Of a DNA stretch of 64,000 nucleotides, positions 1 to 9,778 are shown in pieces (position 1 is the first letter of the stretch; the number at the start of each line of letters is the position of its first letter). This DNA is from an uncultured Chloroflexia bacterium (GTDB lineage Bacteria > Chloroflexota > Limnocylindria > Limnocylindrales > CSP1-4). The translations under genes and the position numbers were made by a program. Where the stretch lies: contig CAVYBU010000008.1 of assembly GCA_963766735.1 (NCBI GenBank), forward strand, positions 256,001-320,000, given 5' to 3'. The notes below the pieces were generated by a model. That model was not told the DNA's origin, searched no databases, and saw only the letters and a list, made by a program, of their open reading frames with translations.

Positions 1-369
1 CACCACTACGTCCAGCACGTGCTGCGCATGCCGGTCGATGAGTGGCCGGAGCCCATCACCAGGATGTTCACCAGGATCAACCAGTCGATCTACGTCTCGA
101 TGCAGGGGCCGAGCGAGCTCGGTCTGAGCGGCAAGCTCCTCGACTGGGACCGCACCGACGATCTCGCTCGCATCGAGGTGCCCACCCTCGTGATCGGCGC
201 CCGCCACGACACGATGGACCCCGCCTTCATGGAAGACATGGCACGCCGTTTCCCGAAGGGCCGGTACCTGTACTGCCCGAACGGGAGCCACTGTGCGATG
301 TACGACGACCAGGAGACCTACTTCACCGGGCTCGTCGACTTCCTCCTCGCCTCGAGCGTCGAGTCGTAG
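1..369 (+). CDS. proline iminopeptidase-family alpha/beta hydrolase (5'-truncated by window edge)
   Basis: C-terminal motifs MQGPSE, VPTLVIGARHD, NGSHCAMYDD typical of PIP/tricorn F1-like peptidases. Confidence 0.75.
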   Translation, partial: HHYVQHVLRMPVDEWPEPITRMFTRINQSIYVSMQGPSELGLSGKLLDWDRTDDLARIEVPTLVIGARHDTMDPAFMEDMARRFPKGRYLYCPNGSHCAMYDDQETYFTGLVDFLLASSVES

Positions 370-397
370 CCCCGGGGCGCCCGGGATCGCGTTCGAT

Positions 398-892
398 TCA
401 GGAGGTCGTCGGGGTATCGCTCGCGGTTGCTGCGACGGCTTCGAGGGCCTCCTCGGTCGCCTCGTGGGTCTCGACGGCACCGCCGAGCTCGGTGAGCCAG
501 GCCGAGATGGCATCCACCTCGTCCGGAATGACCAGGACCCCCACGGCCGCCTTGCCCCCCTGGAGCTCGCCGCCGATGCGCTCCCTGTCTTCGGCGCTGA
601 GCCTCAGGCCCTTGTGGTGGAAGTGCCCGAGGATGCTGCCTCCGGCCATTCCGACCAGCAGGGTCGGTGGTGCGACGACGGCCAGGAGGAGCCCGATGCC
701 AGCGCCTTTCCCGCCGCTGCGCGCCCCGAGCTTGTGCTCCTTGAGATGGCCTGCCTCATCGACAACGAGCACCCCGATCGCGCCGAGCCAGATCCCCTTC
801 GTTACCTCTGCCCAACTCTTGAGCGACGTGACGGCCGCGTCTGCCTCCGCCTCGTCGGCGAAGATTGCCAGCACCAGCTGCTTGTCAGCCAT
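398..892 (-). CDS. DUF1269-like small membrane-associated protein
   Basis: 164 aa, glycine-rich hydrophobic hairpin GKGAGIGLLLAVVAPP...GGSILG; SD AGGAGG upstream. Confidence 0.6.
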   Translation of the reverse strand: MADKQLVLAIFADEAEADAAVTSLKSWAEVTKGIWLGAIGVLVVDEAGHLKEHKLGARSGGKGAGIGLLLAVVAPPTLLVGMAGGSILGHFHHKGLRLSAEDRERIGGELQGGKAAVGVLVIPDEVDAISAWLTELGGAVETHEATEEALEAVAATASDTPTTS

Positions 893-1005
893 TCCGGGGT
901 CCTCCTATCGGGTTCCCGCAAGGGTACTGCCCGACGCGCGCCGCCATGGCCGGCATCCAGGCTCCGCTCGACCTCGGTGATCTCGTCCAGAGTGAGCCTC
1001 GTCGG

Positions 1006-2049
1006 CTACGGGCGCTGGTCCGTGCTCGGCCGCTCCCACAGGTTCACGCCGCCCTCGACGGCGAAGCGGTCGATGGCGGATAGCTCCTCGGGCGAGAAAT
1101 CCATGTTCGAAAGGGCGGCCACGTTCTCCCGGAGCTGCGCCACCGAGCTCGCTCCGACCAGCGTGCTCGTCACCCGCGGATCGCGCAGCACCCACGCGTA
1201 GGCCATCTGGGCCAGCGACTGGCCCCGGCCCGTCGCGATCTCGTTCAACGCTCTCACCCGATCGAGGTTCTCAGGGCTCAACACCTCGCGCGGGAACGAG
1301 TCGCCGCCGGGCCGGTTCAGCCTGGAGTCGGCCGGGATGCCGTCGAGGTACTTGTCGGTCAGCAGGCCCTGGGCGAGCGCCGTGAACGCGATCATCCCGC
1401 TGCCCACGTCCTCGAGGGCATCGAGCAGCTCCGCCTCGGGCCACCGGTTGAAGAGGTTGTACGAGGGCTGGTGGATCAGCAGCGGCACGCCCTCGGCCCG
1501 GAGGAGGCCGGCCATCTCGCGGGTCTTGCCCGCGGAGTAGGACGAGATCCCGACGTACAGCGCCTTGCCCTGCCGGACGGCCGTCGCGAGGGCGCCCGCC
1601 GTTTCCTCCAGGGGCGTGTCCGCATCGAACCGGTGCGAGTAGAAGATGTCGAAGTAGTCCACCCCGACGCGGCGGAGACTCTGGTCAAGGCTCGCCAGCA
1701 CGTACTTGCGCGAGCCCCCGCCCTGCCCGTACGGGCCCGGCCACATGTCCCAGCCGGCCTTGCTGGAGATCAGCAGCTCGTCCCGGTGCGCGGCGAGGTC
1801 CTCGCGCAGGATCCGCCCGAAGTTGATCTCCGAGGACCCATATGGCGGACCGTAGTTGTTGGCGAGGTCGAAGTGCGTGATCCCGAGATCGAACGCCGCG
1901 TGGACGATGGCTCGCTGCGTGGCCATCTGGGTCGTATCGCCGAAGTTGTGCCACAGCCCCAGGGACATGACCGGCAAGCGCAGGCCGCTCCGCCCGCAGG
2001 TGCGATAGACCATCGCGTCGTAGCGGGCCGCGTCGGGTTCGTAGGTCAT
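1006..2049 (-). CDS. mgrA: aldo/keto reductase, L-glyceraldehyde 3-phosphate reductase (YghZ/MgrA-like)
   Basis: SLGLWHNFGD, FDLANNYGPPYGS, KAGWDMWPGPYG, LIHQPSY motifs. Confidence 0.9.
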   Translation of the reverse strand: MTYEPDAARYDAMVYRTCGRSGLRLPVMSLGLWHNFGDTTQMATQRAIVHAAFDLGITHFDLANNYGPPYGSSEINFGRILREDLAAHRDELLISSKAGWDMWPGPYGQGGGSRKYVLASLDQSLRRVGVDYFDIFYSHRFDADTPLEETAGALATAVRQGKALYVGISSYSAGKTREMAGLLRAEGVPLLIHQPSYNLFNRWPEAELLDALEDVGSGMIAFTALAQGLLTDKYLDGIPADSRLNRPGGDSFPREVLSPENLDRVRALNEIATGRGQSLAQMAYAWVLRDPRVTSTLVGASSVAQLRENVAALSNMDFSPEELSAIDRFAVEGGVNLWERPSTDQRP

Positions 2050-2095
2050 GAGATGTTCCTCCGGTTGCGCGCCCCGCGCCGCGACCCCCCGCCCG

Positions 2096-4690
2096 CTAGC
2101 CGCGGACGACGATGTTGACGAGCTTGCCGCCGCCCGCGTGGATGATGCGAAGTGGCTCCCTGCCGTCCAGGGCAGCCTGGACCTTGTCCCGCGAGAGGAT
2201 CACCTGCTCCAGCTCGATGTCGCTGATGCCGGCCGGGACGGTGACCTTGTCGCGCATCTTGCCGTTGATCTGGATCGGGATCTCGCGGGTGGCCTCCACC
2301 ACGGCGGTCTCGTCCACCTCCGGCCACCGCTGCACGTGGATGGACTCCCACGCCTCGCCGCGTGCCGCGGCCAGCCGCGACCACGTCTCCTCGGTGATGT
2401 GCGGTGCGGCCGGAGCCAGCATGAGCAGGAGCAGGCGCACGGCCTCGTCCCACTCGGGCAGCCCCGCGACGGACGTGCCGCGATACCGGAACAGCAGGTT
2501 CGAGAGCTCCATGAGCTTCGCGATCATCGTGTTCCAGCGGAACCCGTCGTAGTCCTCGGTCACGTCGCGCAGCGTCCGGTGGGCCGCGGCCCGCATCCGG
2601 TCGCGGGCGTCGGACTCGGACTCGCCGGGCGGCAGGGCGCCGCCGGTCTGGTCGCCGGCGTCGCGGCCGTGCGGATCCAGCGCGATGGTCCAGACGCGAT
2701 TGAGGAACTTGTTGACGCCGCCGATCCCGGTCGGGCTCCACGGGCCGCCCTGGTCCCAGGGACCCATGAACATCAGGAACAGGCGGACGGTGTCCGCGCC
2801 GTAGCGGACCACCAGCTCGTCCGGGTCCTGCACGTTGCCGCGGCTCTTGCTCATCCGCTCGCCGTCCGCGCCCAGGATCTGGCCCTGGTTGAACAGCTTG
2901 CGGAACGGCTCGGCTTCGTGGACCAGGCCCAGGTCACGCATCGCCTTGGTGAAGAACCGGCTGTAGAGCAGGTGCATCACCGCGTGCTCGGCGCCGCCCG
3001 TGTACTGGTCGACGGGGGTCCACTCGCGCACCTTGTCCACGTCTACGGGGGCATCCGTGGCATCCGGCGAGAGGTAGCGGAACCAGTACCAGGACGAGTC
3101 CATGAACGTGTCCATCGTGTCCGTCTCGCGGCGGGCGGGTTTGCCACACTGCGGGCAGTCCGCGGCCAGGAACGCCTCGTCCCGGGTCAGCGGGTTGTCG
3201 CCGCTGCCCCGGTAGTCGACGCTGTCGGGCAGCAGCACCGGCAGCTGGTCCGCCGGTACGCCCACCGGGCCGCAGTCCTCGCAGTGGATGACCGGGATCG
3301 GCGTGCCCCAGTAGCGCTGGCGGCTGATCAGCCAGTCCCGCAGCCGGTACGTGACCGCCTGGCTGCCCCGACCGTCCTTCTCGAGCCGGTTGACGATGTC
3401 GTGCCACGCGTCGGCGGCCCGGTCCCCGGTGTATTCCCCGGAGTTGACCATCACCTCGTCGATGGTGTGCTCGGTGAAGGCGCTCGTCAGCTCCTCGTCC
3501 GGATCGGCGCCCTTCGGCATCACGACCTTGACGATCGGCAGGCCGAACTTCCGGGCGAAGGCGAAGTCCCGCTCGTCGTGGGCGGGGACAGCCATGATCG
3601 CCCCCGTGCCGTACGAAGCCAGCACGTAGTCCGCGATGAAGATCGGGATCCGCTCCCCGTTGACGGGGTTGATGGCGTCCGAACCGAGGGCGACGCCGGT
3701 CTTCTCGCGGTCGGCCGACAGGCGGTCGATCTCCGTCTTGGTCGCGGCGGCGGCCACGTAGCCGTCCACCTCGGCCTTGCGATCCGGCGCGGTCAGCGCG
3801 GCGACCAGCGGATGCTCCGGGGCCAGGACCATGAACGTGGCGCCGAACAGCGTGTCCGGGCGCGTGGTGAAGACGCGCAGCTCCTCGCCACCGCCGTGGT
3901 GGGCGGAGGGGGCCGTCTCGAACACGATCTCCGCGCCGGATGACCGCCCGATCCAGTTCGTCTGCATGATCCGGACCGGATCCGGCCAGTCGAGACCGGT
4001 GAAGTCCAGCAGGTCGTCGGCGTAGTCCGTGGTGCGCAGGTACCACTGCGGCAGCTCGCGCTTCTCCACCTTCTCACCGCAGCGCCAGCACCGGCGCTCT
4101 GTGCCCTCGACCTGCTCCCGGGCCAGCGTCCCGTCGTTGGGGCACCAGTCCACCGGCGAGACCGAGCGATAGGCCAGGCCCCGCTCCAGGAACTGCGTGA
4201 ACATCCACTGGTTCCAGCGGTAGTAGCCGGGATCGCAGGTCACGACCTCGTTGTCCCACGCGAACGTGGCGCCCATCGTGCGGAACTGGACCCGCATCTT
4301 CTCGATGTTCGCCATCGTCCACTCACGCGGGTGGAAGCCGCCCTTGATCGCGGCGTTCTCGGCCGGCAGCCCGAAGGCGTCGAAGCCGATTGGCAGGAAC
4401 ACGTTGTAGCCGTGCATGCGCCGGTAGCGAGCGATCGCGTCCGTGGGCGTGACGATGTACCAGTGGCCGATGTGCAGCGCCCCCGAGGGGTACGGGTACA
4501 TCGTCAGCAGGTAGTAGCGCGGCTTGCTGCGATCGTCCAGGTCGGTGTCGTACAGACGGAGCTCGGCCCACGTCGCCTGCCACCTGGGTTCGACGGTCGT
4601 GTGGTCGTAGCGCTCGATGCGTCCCCGCTCGTCGCGGGCGACGCTGTCGGCGCCTGTGGTCGCGCTGTCGCCTGTGGTCGTCACGGTCAC
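2096..4690 (-). CDS. leuS: leucine--tRNA ligase
   Basis: [13 protein letters not shown] (HIGH), RMSKS (KMSKS), editing domain FTTRPDT and [15 protein letters not shown]. Confidence 0.97.
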   Translation of the reverse strand: MTVTTTGDSATTGADSVARDERGRIERYDHTTVEPRWQATWAELRLYDTDLDDRSKPRYYLLTMYPYPSGALHIGHWYIVTPTDAIARYRRMHGYNVFLPIGFDAFGLPAENAAIKGGFHPREWTMANIEKMRVQFRTMGATFAWDNEVVTCDPGYYRWNQWMFTQFLERGLAYRSVSPVDWCPNDGTLAREQVEGTERRCWRCGEKVEKRELPQWYLRTTDYADDLLDFTGLDWPDPVRIMQTNWIGRSSGAEIVFETAPSAHHGGGEELRVFTTRPDTLFGATFMVLAPEHPLVAALTAPDRKAEVDGYVAAAATKTEIDRLSADREKTGVALGSDAINPVNGERIPIFIADYVLASYGTGAIMAVPAHDERDFAFARKFGLPIVKVVMPKGADPDEELTSAFTEHTIDEVMVNSGEYTGDRAADAWHDIVNRLEKDGRGSQAVTYRLRDWLISRQRYWGTPIPVIHCEDCGPVGVPADQLPVLLPDSVDYRGSGDNPLTRDEAFLAADCPQCGKPARRETDTMDTFMDSSWYWFRYLSPDATDAPVDVDKVREWTPVDQYTGGAEHAVMHLLYSRFFTKAMRDLGLVHEAEPFRKLFNQGQILGADGERMSKSRGNVQDPDELVVRYGADTVRLFLMFMGPWDQGGPWSPTGIGGVNKFLNRVWTIALDPHGRDAGDQTGGALPPGESESDARDRMRAAAHRTLRDVTEDYDGFRWNTMIAKLMELSNLLFRYRGTSVAGLPEWDEAVRLLLLMLAPAAPHITEETWSRLAAARGEAWESIHVQRWPEVDETAVVEATREIPIQINGKMRDKVTVPAGISDIELEQVILSRDKVQAALDGREPLRIIHAGGGKLVNIVVRG

Positions 4691-4710
4691 GGACCCTTCG
4701 GATGAAACAA

Positions 4711-4738
4711 GACCCCCCGCCGGTCCCGGCGAGGGGTC
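4711..4738 (-). terminator. hairpin between tRNA-Ala and leuS
   Basis: GACCCCTCGCCGGGACCGGCGGGGGGTC stem-loop followed by TTGTTT on minus strand. Confidence 0.5.
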
Positions 4739-4762
4739 AGATGATCGGCGTTACCGGGGTGT

Positions 4763-4838
4763 TGGTGGAGCTACGGGGGTTCGAACCCCGGACCTTCTGA
4801 ATGCCATTCAGACGCTCTCCCAGCTGAGCTATAGCCCC
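4763..4838 (-). tRNA. tRNA-Ala (GGC)
   Basis: GGGGCTATAGCTCAGCTGGGAGAGCG...TCTGA-ATGGCAT-TCAGA...GTTCGAACCC...CTCCACCA; 76 nt, encoded CCA. Confidence 0.97.
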
Positions 4839-4912
4839 ACGGTTTCGTGCTCGATCAGAGCTGCTTGCTGAGCGATGGGGAGTTTAGCATCTTCAACCGG
4901 CCGAGCCGACAG

Positions 4913-4941
4913 CAGACGCTCTCCCAACTGAGCCATTACCC
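4913..4941 (-). repeat. degenerate copy of tRNA 5' half (acceptor 5' strand plus D-arm)
   Basis: GGGTAATGGCTCAGTTGGGAGAGCGTCTG matches the adjacent tRNA-Ala 5' end at 25 of 29 positions; no T-arm follows. Confidence 0.7.
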
Positions 4942-4956
4942 GTTGCCGGCTCGAGC

Positions 4957-6462
4957 TCACGGCGCCAGTCGAGGTCCGGCGCCTTCGATCTCGGCCCGGT
5001 TGCGTCTCAGCCACTCGGCCGTCCGTGGCGCCCAGCGTCCGTCCGCGTCCAGCAGCACCGCCAGGCGGCGAAGGTCCGACACCGTGTCGACGTCCGGCCA
5101 CGACTCGACGCCGGCAACCTGCCAGCCGGCCGACGCGAGGCCCTTCTCGGCGGCATCGAACGCGGTCGTGCCGCCGGTCGCACTCTCGGTGAAGGCACGT
5201 CGCAGCCTGTCAGCCAGGTTTCGCCGAAACCGGCGTCGGATCGGCGCCGGGGTTGCCCGGGGTACCTGCCTCCAACGGGCACCGACGAGGTGGTAGCCGC
5301 CGTCGTCGGCCGCGCCCAGCACCGCGCCCCGCGGGCTGCGGGCGAGCACGGCCAGGGCCGCCTCGATGCGGGCGGGCGGCAGCCCCGGAGCGTCGCCTGC
5401 GACGGCGATTGCGCGATCGGCTCCGCGGTCGAACGCCGCCAGGAAGACGTCGGCGAGAGCCGTCCCGAGCCCCGGCCCGGTCTGCACGATCGGAGTCCAG
5501 GCTGGACCGATGATCCGGACGACCGCGTCGACATCGGCGACCGACGGGAGCATGGCAACTGGAGTCAGATGCGCGGCTCGCGACGCATCGAGCGCGCCGT
5601 CGGCGGCATCGGACATGCAGGCGGTCCAGAAGGCCGTCGTTGCCTCGTCGCCGATATCCGCGGCCAGGCGCGTCTTGGCCCGACCCGGCCCGGGAGCCTT
5701 GACCATGAGGGCGAGGAGCGGGCGCGCCGCCGTCTCCGACCAGGCACGGCCGACCATGGCCCGGCCGGCCGCCACGGACGCCCGCAATGAGCCCGACACC
5801 TTGCTCGTGCCGCCCTGCCGTCGTCGGAACCGGACCGGCACCTCCCGGAACCGGATCGTCGGCTCTGCGATGACCCGTGCGACCAGCTGGGTCGTCCAAC
5901 CGTAGCCTGCATCGCTGAGATCGAGTCGGGCGAGCGTGGGAGCGCTCAGCGCCTTGAACGGCGGCAGGTCGCGGACGGTCCGTCCTGCCCGGATCGACAT
6001 GATGACGGCCACCAGGTCGTTGCCGAGCCGGGCGTGCCACGGCATGGCGCCGGTCTCGATCAGGCGACCTGGTCGTCGGCCGAACGCCACGTCCGCCCTG
6101 GACAGCGCCGAGATCAGGACCGCCAGGTCCCGGGGATCGCACGATCCGTCGCCGTCCAGGAATGCGACCACGTCATGGGCGTGGCCGGACGCAGCGGGAT
6201 CCAGCGCGCGTCCGGCGCCCGTCAGGCAGGCGCGCCCGTAGCCGCGTCGCGGCTCCTCGATGAGGAGGCCACCGGCCTCCACCGCGACGCGCCGTGTCCC
6301 ATCGCGCGATCCGCCGTCGACCACGTAGACGCAGCACGCCCCCGAGTCCCGCAGGCCGCGGACGATGGCTCCGATCGCGGTCTGCTCGTCGATGACCGGG
6401 ATGACGGCGGCGACCGTCGGAGCGCCGCCGGTGCGAGTGCCGCCGCCTCGTTCCACGCTCAT
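4957..6462 (-). CDS. GT2 glycosyltransferase fused to DUF2064 (TIGR04282/CofC-like transferase) domain
   Basis: N-term VIPVIDE, VVDGGSRDGT, GYGRAC, FLDGDGS; C-term KAPGPGRAKTRL, GAADDGGYHLVG, WPDVDT; ATG overlaps upstream stop (ATGA). Confidence 0.85.
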   Translation of the reverse strand: MSVERGGGTRTGGAPTVAAVIPVIDEQTAIGAIVRGLRDSGACCVYVVDGGSRDGTRRVAVEAGGLLIEEPRRGYGRACLTGAGRALDPAASGHAHDVVAFLDGDGSCDPRDLAVLISALSRADVAFGRRPGRLIETGAMPWHARLGNDLVAVIMSIRAGRTVRDLPPFKALSAPTLARLDLSDAGYGWTTQLVARVIAEPTIRFREVPVRFRRRQGGTSKVSGSLRASVAAGRAMVGRAWSETAARPLLALMVKAPGPGRAKTRLAADIGDEATTAFWTACMSDAADGALDASRAAHLTPVAMLPSVADVDAVVRIIGPAWTPIVQTGPGLGTALADVFLAAFDRGADRAIAVAGDAPGLPPARIEAALAVLARSPRGAVLGAADDGGYHLVGARWRQVPRATPAPIRRRFRRNLADRLRRAFTESATGGTTAFDAAEKGLASAGWQVAGVESWPDVDTVSDLRRLAVLLDADGRWAPRTAEWLRRNRAEIEGAGPRLAP

Positions 6463-8003
6463 GGCGTTGCCCCGTCCGGCTCCGGGCCCCAGACGATGAA
6501 CTCGCCGTCGTCGACCAGCACCGCTCGTTCGCCGGCCATGAGCGTGGCGAGCATCTGGTCGTGGCGACTCCGGGTCCGCGGTGTCGGCGACCATGGCAGG
6601 CGATCCATGACCACGTACGAATCCGCCGGAGGGATCGAGCTGGCGATCAGCCGCCGGACGTCGGGTCGCGCGGCGAGTGGGGCGACCAGTCCCTCGTCGG
6701 CAGCGACGATCGCATCGGCGGGAACGACGACGGCCACCAGCTTCAGCCGATCCAGCCTTGCCGGCCGGGCGGCGAACGCAGGGTCGCTCGGGTCGAACGG
6801 CGGGATCGAGCCCTGGACCCATGCTCCGACCGCCGCCGGGACGATCAGCAGGACCGCCAGCACTGGAGCGAGCCGCCGGAGCATGGACTCGCCGGCGCCA
6901 CGGCCCGGTGCCCGCTGCCGTCGCCTTCGTCGCAGCCGTCGCTCGACGATCGCCAGCACCCTCCGCCCGCCAAACCCGGCGGCAACGACCAGCGGCACCA
7001 CGAGGATCAGCGCGTACTGGAGTCGGAGGTCCGCCTGGAAGCGGTTGTCAGACAGGAGCGCGGCGGCCATCGGTGGCAGGACGAGGAGCAACCAGCGCGG
7101 ACGGACCAGGGGCAGGCCGAGCAGGGCAACGATCATTCCGGCCGCGGCCAGCCATGGTGTCGCCCGGGCGACGTGGGCAACGACCGCCGAGGTCTGCTCG
7201 AACGGTGCCCACAGGACGGCGAGCCCGCCGCCGAGCCAGGCGTAGTAGCCGTCGGTGTCGAGCCGGGCGCCGTCGCGGATGGCCGGCATCACCACGCCGA
7301 AGGCCGCGATCGTCCACGCGGCCGCCACGAGGACGAGGAACCGGCCCTGGCGGCGTGCCGAGCCGCGACCCCGGACTGCTACGGCCAGTCCGACGACGGC
7401 GACCGCGTAGCCGACGTCCTCGCGGGTCGCGAGCGCCAGCAGCGCCAGTGCCCACATCGCGCGATGGCGCTTCGTCAGGCCGGCCCAGCCGGCCAGGAGT
7501 GCCAGGCCGATCCCGGCGGTCTCGGGATGGAAGTCGGAGCGGATGACGTCCTGCATCGTGCCCCACACCGGGATCCCGATCGACAGCACCGCGGCGAGGG
7601 CCGGGCCGAACCGGCTCGGCCTGAGCAGCGCGCGGAGGAACAGGAACGCGGTCGGGATGAGCGCCGCGACGGACACGGCGTGGAGCAGGTTGAGGACGCG
7701 CACGTCCGGCCCGACGAGGCCTTCGATCACGGCCGGGACCAGGAGGATCGGCGAGAAGTGGAGACCGAGGAACGATCCCTCGTGGAAGCTCGAGATCCAC
7801 AGGCCGCGGTCCGCCACGTTCCAGATGATCTGCTGGAAGAACGCGAGGTCATACGGAGGGGCCGACAAGCCGTCGACCCGGTTGAGGAGGAGGGTCGCCA
7901 CCCACACCGCCGCCAGGATCGTCGCCAGCCCCACGAGGTGGGTGGGCGCGACGAGCGTCGTCGCCGCACGCCGCCCTCGAGCGCCAGGATCGTCGCTCGC
8001 CAT
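6459..8003 (-). CDS. DUF2079-family multi-pass membrane protein (GT-C-like putative glycosyltransferase); start uncertain (8003 or 8042)
   Basis: YDLAFFQQIIWN, FLGLHFSPIL, DFHPE, ATRED motifs; about 10 hydrophobic segments. Confidence 0.75.
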   Translation of the reverse strand: MASDDPGARGRRAATTLVAPTHLVGLATILAAVWVATLLLNRVDGLSAPPYDLAFFQQIIWNVADRGLWISSFHEGSFLGLHFSPILLVPAVIEGLVGPDVRVLNLLHAVSVAALIPTAFLFLRALLRPSRFGPALAAVLSIGIPVWGTMQDVIRSDFHPETAGIGLALLAGWAGLTKRHRAMWALALLALATREDVGYAVAVVGLAVAVRGRGSARRQGRFLVLVAAAWTIAAFGVVMPAIRDGARLDTDGYYAWLGGGLAVLWAPFEQTSAVVAHVARATPWLAAAGMIVALLGLPLVRPRWLLLVLPPMAAALLSDNRFQADLRLQYALILVVPLVVAAGFGGRRVLAIVERRLRRRRRQRAPGRGAGESMLRRLAPVLAVLLIVPAAVGAWVQGSIPPFDPSDPAFAARPARLDRLKLVAVVVPADAIVAADEGLVAPLAARPDVRRLIASSIPPADSYVVMDRLPWSPTPRTRSRHDQMLATLMAGERAVLVDDGEFIVWGPEPDGATP

Positions 8004-8050
8004 CGTCGCCGCGCTCGCCCTGCGGCCGAGCCCGAGGTTCATCCGGCTTC

Positions 8051-9091
8051 CTACCGGACCGTTGACGTATCGGCGTGTCGCTCGGACCTTGTCAGGAGCG
8101 GCTTCCCCGACGCGCGATAGCGGTCGGCGATCCCTCGCGCCGCGGTCCCGATGGCGTCGACAGCCGACAGCCGCGGCGCCCACCCGAGCGCCCGTAGCGC
8201 CGAGGTCTCGAACTCGACGTAGGCCGTGTCACCCGGCCAGCCGCCGCCGCCCGCCCCGGGGCCTGCGAAGGCCAGCTCGACCGAATCGGGCCCCAGTCCC
8301 AGGGCCGCGATGACGACCTCGGCCACGCGACGAACCGTCACCGTTCCCTCGGTCCCGACGTTCAGGATCGTCATCGGGGCAGCCGGCGCTGCCCCGACTC
8401 CGCGACGGATCCCGGCGACAAGGTCGTCGACCGCGATGTACGGCTTCGCCTGCGTGCCGTCGCCCAGGATCTCGAGTCGGGTCGGGTCGCGCAGCAGCTT
8501 GACCACGAAGTCGTGGACCACGCCGTGGTTCGAGCGCGGGCCAACCGTGTTGCCGAAGCGGAACGCATGGGCTCGCCAGGCGTACAGGCTCGCGAAACCG
8601 GAGATCAGCGCCTCGCCGGCCAGCTTCGCGGCCGCATAGTGCGATTCCGGCAGCAGCGGGCCATCACCTTCACCGGTCGGGATCCGGGCGGGGCGGCCGT
8701 AGACGACCCCGGACGAGGCGAACCAGATCTCGTCGATGCCGACCGCGCGCATCGATTCGCAGACGCGCTCCGTGCCGACGATTCCACTTTCGAAGTCGCG
8801 CTCCGGGTGCGCGAAGCCCCCGGCGATGTCCGTCCCGGACGCAAGATGCACGACGCGACGGTGGCCGGACATGGCGGCTCGGAGCGTGTCCCGGTCCGTG
8901 ATGTCGCCGCGGACGAAGCTGAGGCGCGGGTCACCGTCGAACCGGGTCGCCCAGTCCGGCTCGGCGGTCGAGAGGTTGTCGAAGACGGTGACCGGCGCTC
9001 CGTCACGCAGCAGCGATGCGACCACCTCGCCGCCGATGAACCCCGCCCCGCCGGTGACGAAGGTTCGCACCGGTTCCAGGCGATCCGTCAT
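8051..9091 (-). CDS. NAD-dependent NDP-sugar epimerase/dehydratase
   Basis: VTGGAGFIG, YAAAK catalytic motif, FRFGNTVGP, LGDGTQAKPY; ATG overlaps DoxX stop. Confidence 0.9.
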   Translation of the reverse strand: MTDRLEPVRTFVTGGAGFIGGEVVASLLRDGAPVTVFDNLSTAEPDWATRFDGDPRLSFVRGDITDRDTLRAAMSGHRRVVHLASGTDIAGGFAHPERDFESGIVGTERVCESMRAVGIDEIWFASSGVVYGRPARIPTGEGDGPLLPESHYAAAKLAGEALISGFASLYAWRAHAFRFGNTVGPRSNHGVVHDFVVKLLRDPTRLEILGDGTQAKPYIAVDDLVAGIRRGVGAAPAAPMTILNVGTEGTVTVRRVAEVVIAALGLGPDSVELAFAGPGAGGGGWPGDTAYVEFETSALRALGWAPRLSAVDAIGTAARGIADRYRASGKPLLTRSERHADTSTVR

Positions 9092-9648
9092 CCGGGCCAT
9101 CGGCGACGAGTGCGCGCCATCCGAGCGTCAAGACCGTGCCAGCGACCGGCGCGGAAGGCCGCCAGGCACAGGAGCGGAATCCACTCGACCGAGTACTCGT
9201 AGATCCACTTGTCGTTCCACAGCGTCGCGAACTGGAGATGGAGCGCCATGCCCGCCGCGACCACCGCTGCGATCGGCGTGAGCAGGCCCAGGATCAGCAG
9301 GACCCCGACGACCGTCTCGAGCAGCCCGATCGAGAAGCCGAAGAACCCGAAGTTGGGCAGGACGACACCCTCGACAAAGGAGCGGTACGGCTCGATCGGA
9401 TGCTGCTGGGTGATCACCTCGTACTTGATGATCGACTCGGCACTGCGACCGCCCTCGGCGTTGATCACGAACCCCAGCGGCGTGTCAGGCCACAGGTTCG
9501 GCACCGCCGGAAGGATCTTGGCGAGGCCGTTGTGGAGATAGACCAAGCCGAAGAAGATCCGCAGCGTGGCCATTGCGCGGCCGAACCACTGGCCGTTGGC
9601 GATCGCCGCGATCGCCTCGGATTGCGCTGTGCGTGCGGTGGGTTCCAC
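9088..9648 (-). CDS. DoxX/TQO small subunit family membrane protein
   Basis: LRIFFGLVYLHNGLAK and ETVVGVLLILGLLT motifs; GTG start with GGGAGG SD. Confidence 0.75.
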   Translation of the reverse strand: MEPTARTAQSEAIAAIANGQWFGRAMATLRIFFGLVYLHNGLAKILPAVPNLWPDTPLGFVINAEGGRSAESIIKYEVITQQHPIEPYRSFVEGVVLPNFGFFGFSIGLLETVVGVLLILGLLTPIAAVVAAGMALHLQFATLWNDKWIYEYSVEWIPLLCLAAFRAGRWHGLDARMARTRRRWPG

Positions 9649-9778
9649 GTCTGCCCTCCCAGGAGCCGGTGAGCGTGCTGGCGCCGCCGTTCGGGCCGCC
9701 AGACGGTGCGTCACGTGATCGTGTGAAGCCGACACTAGCGATGGGTCGTGACGCTCGCGTGACGAAGTCCCGGCCCGC

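Noticed and set aside
4691-4762. T-box leader for leuS
   Set aside because: Only 72 nt between tRNA and start; no T-box consensus
4870-4930. Fluoride riboswitch (GCGATGG...)
   Set aside because: 3' consensus missing and no downstream gene on that strand
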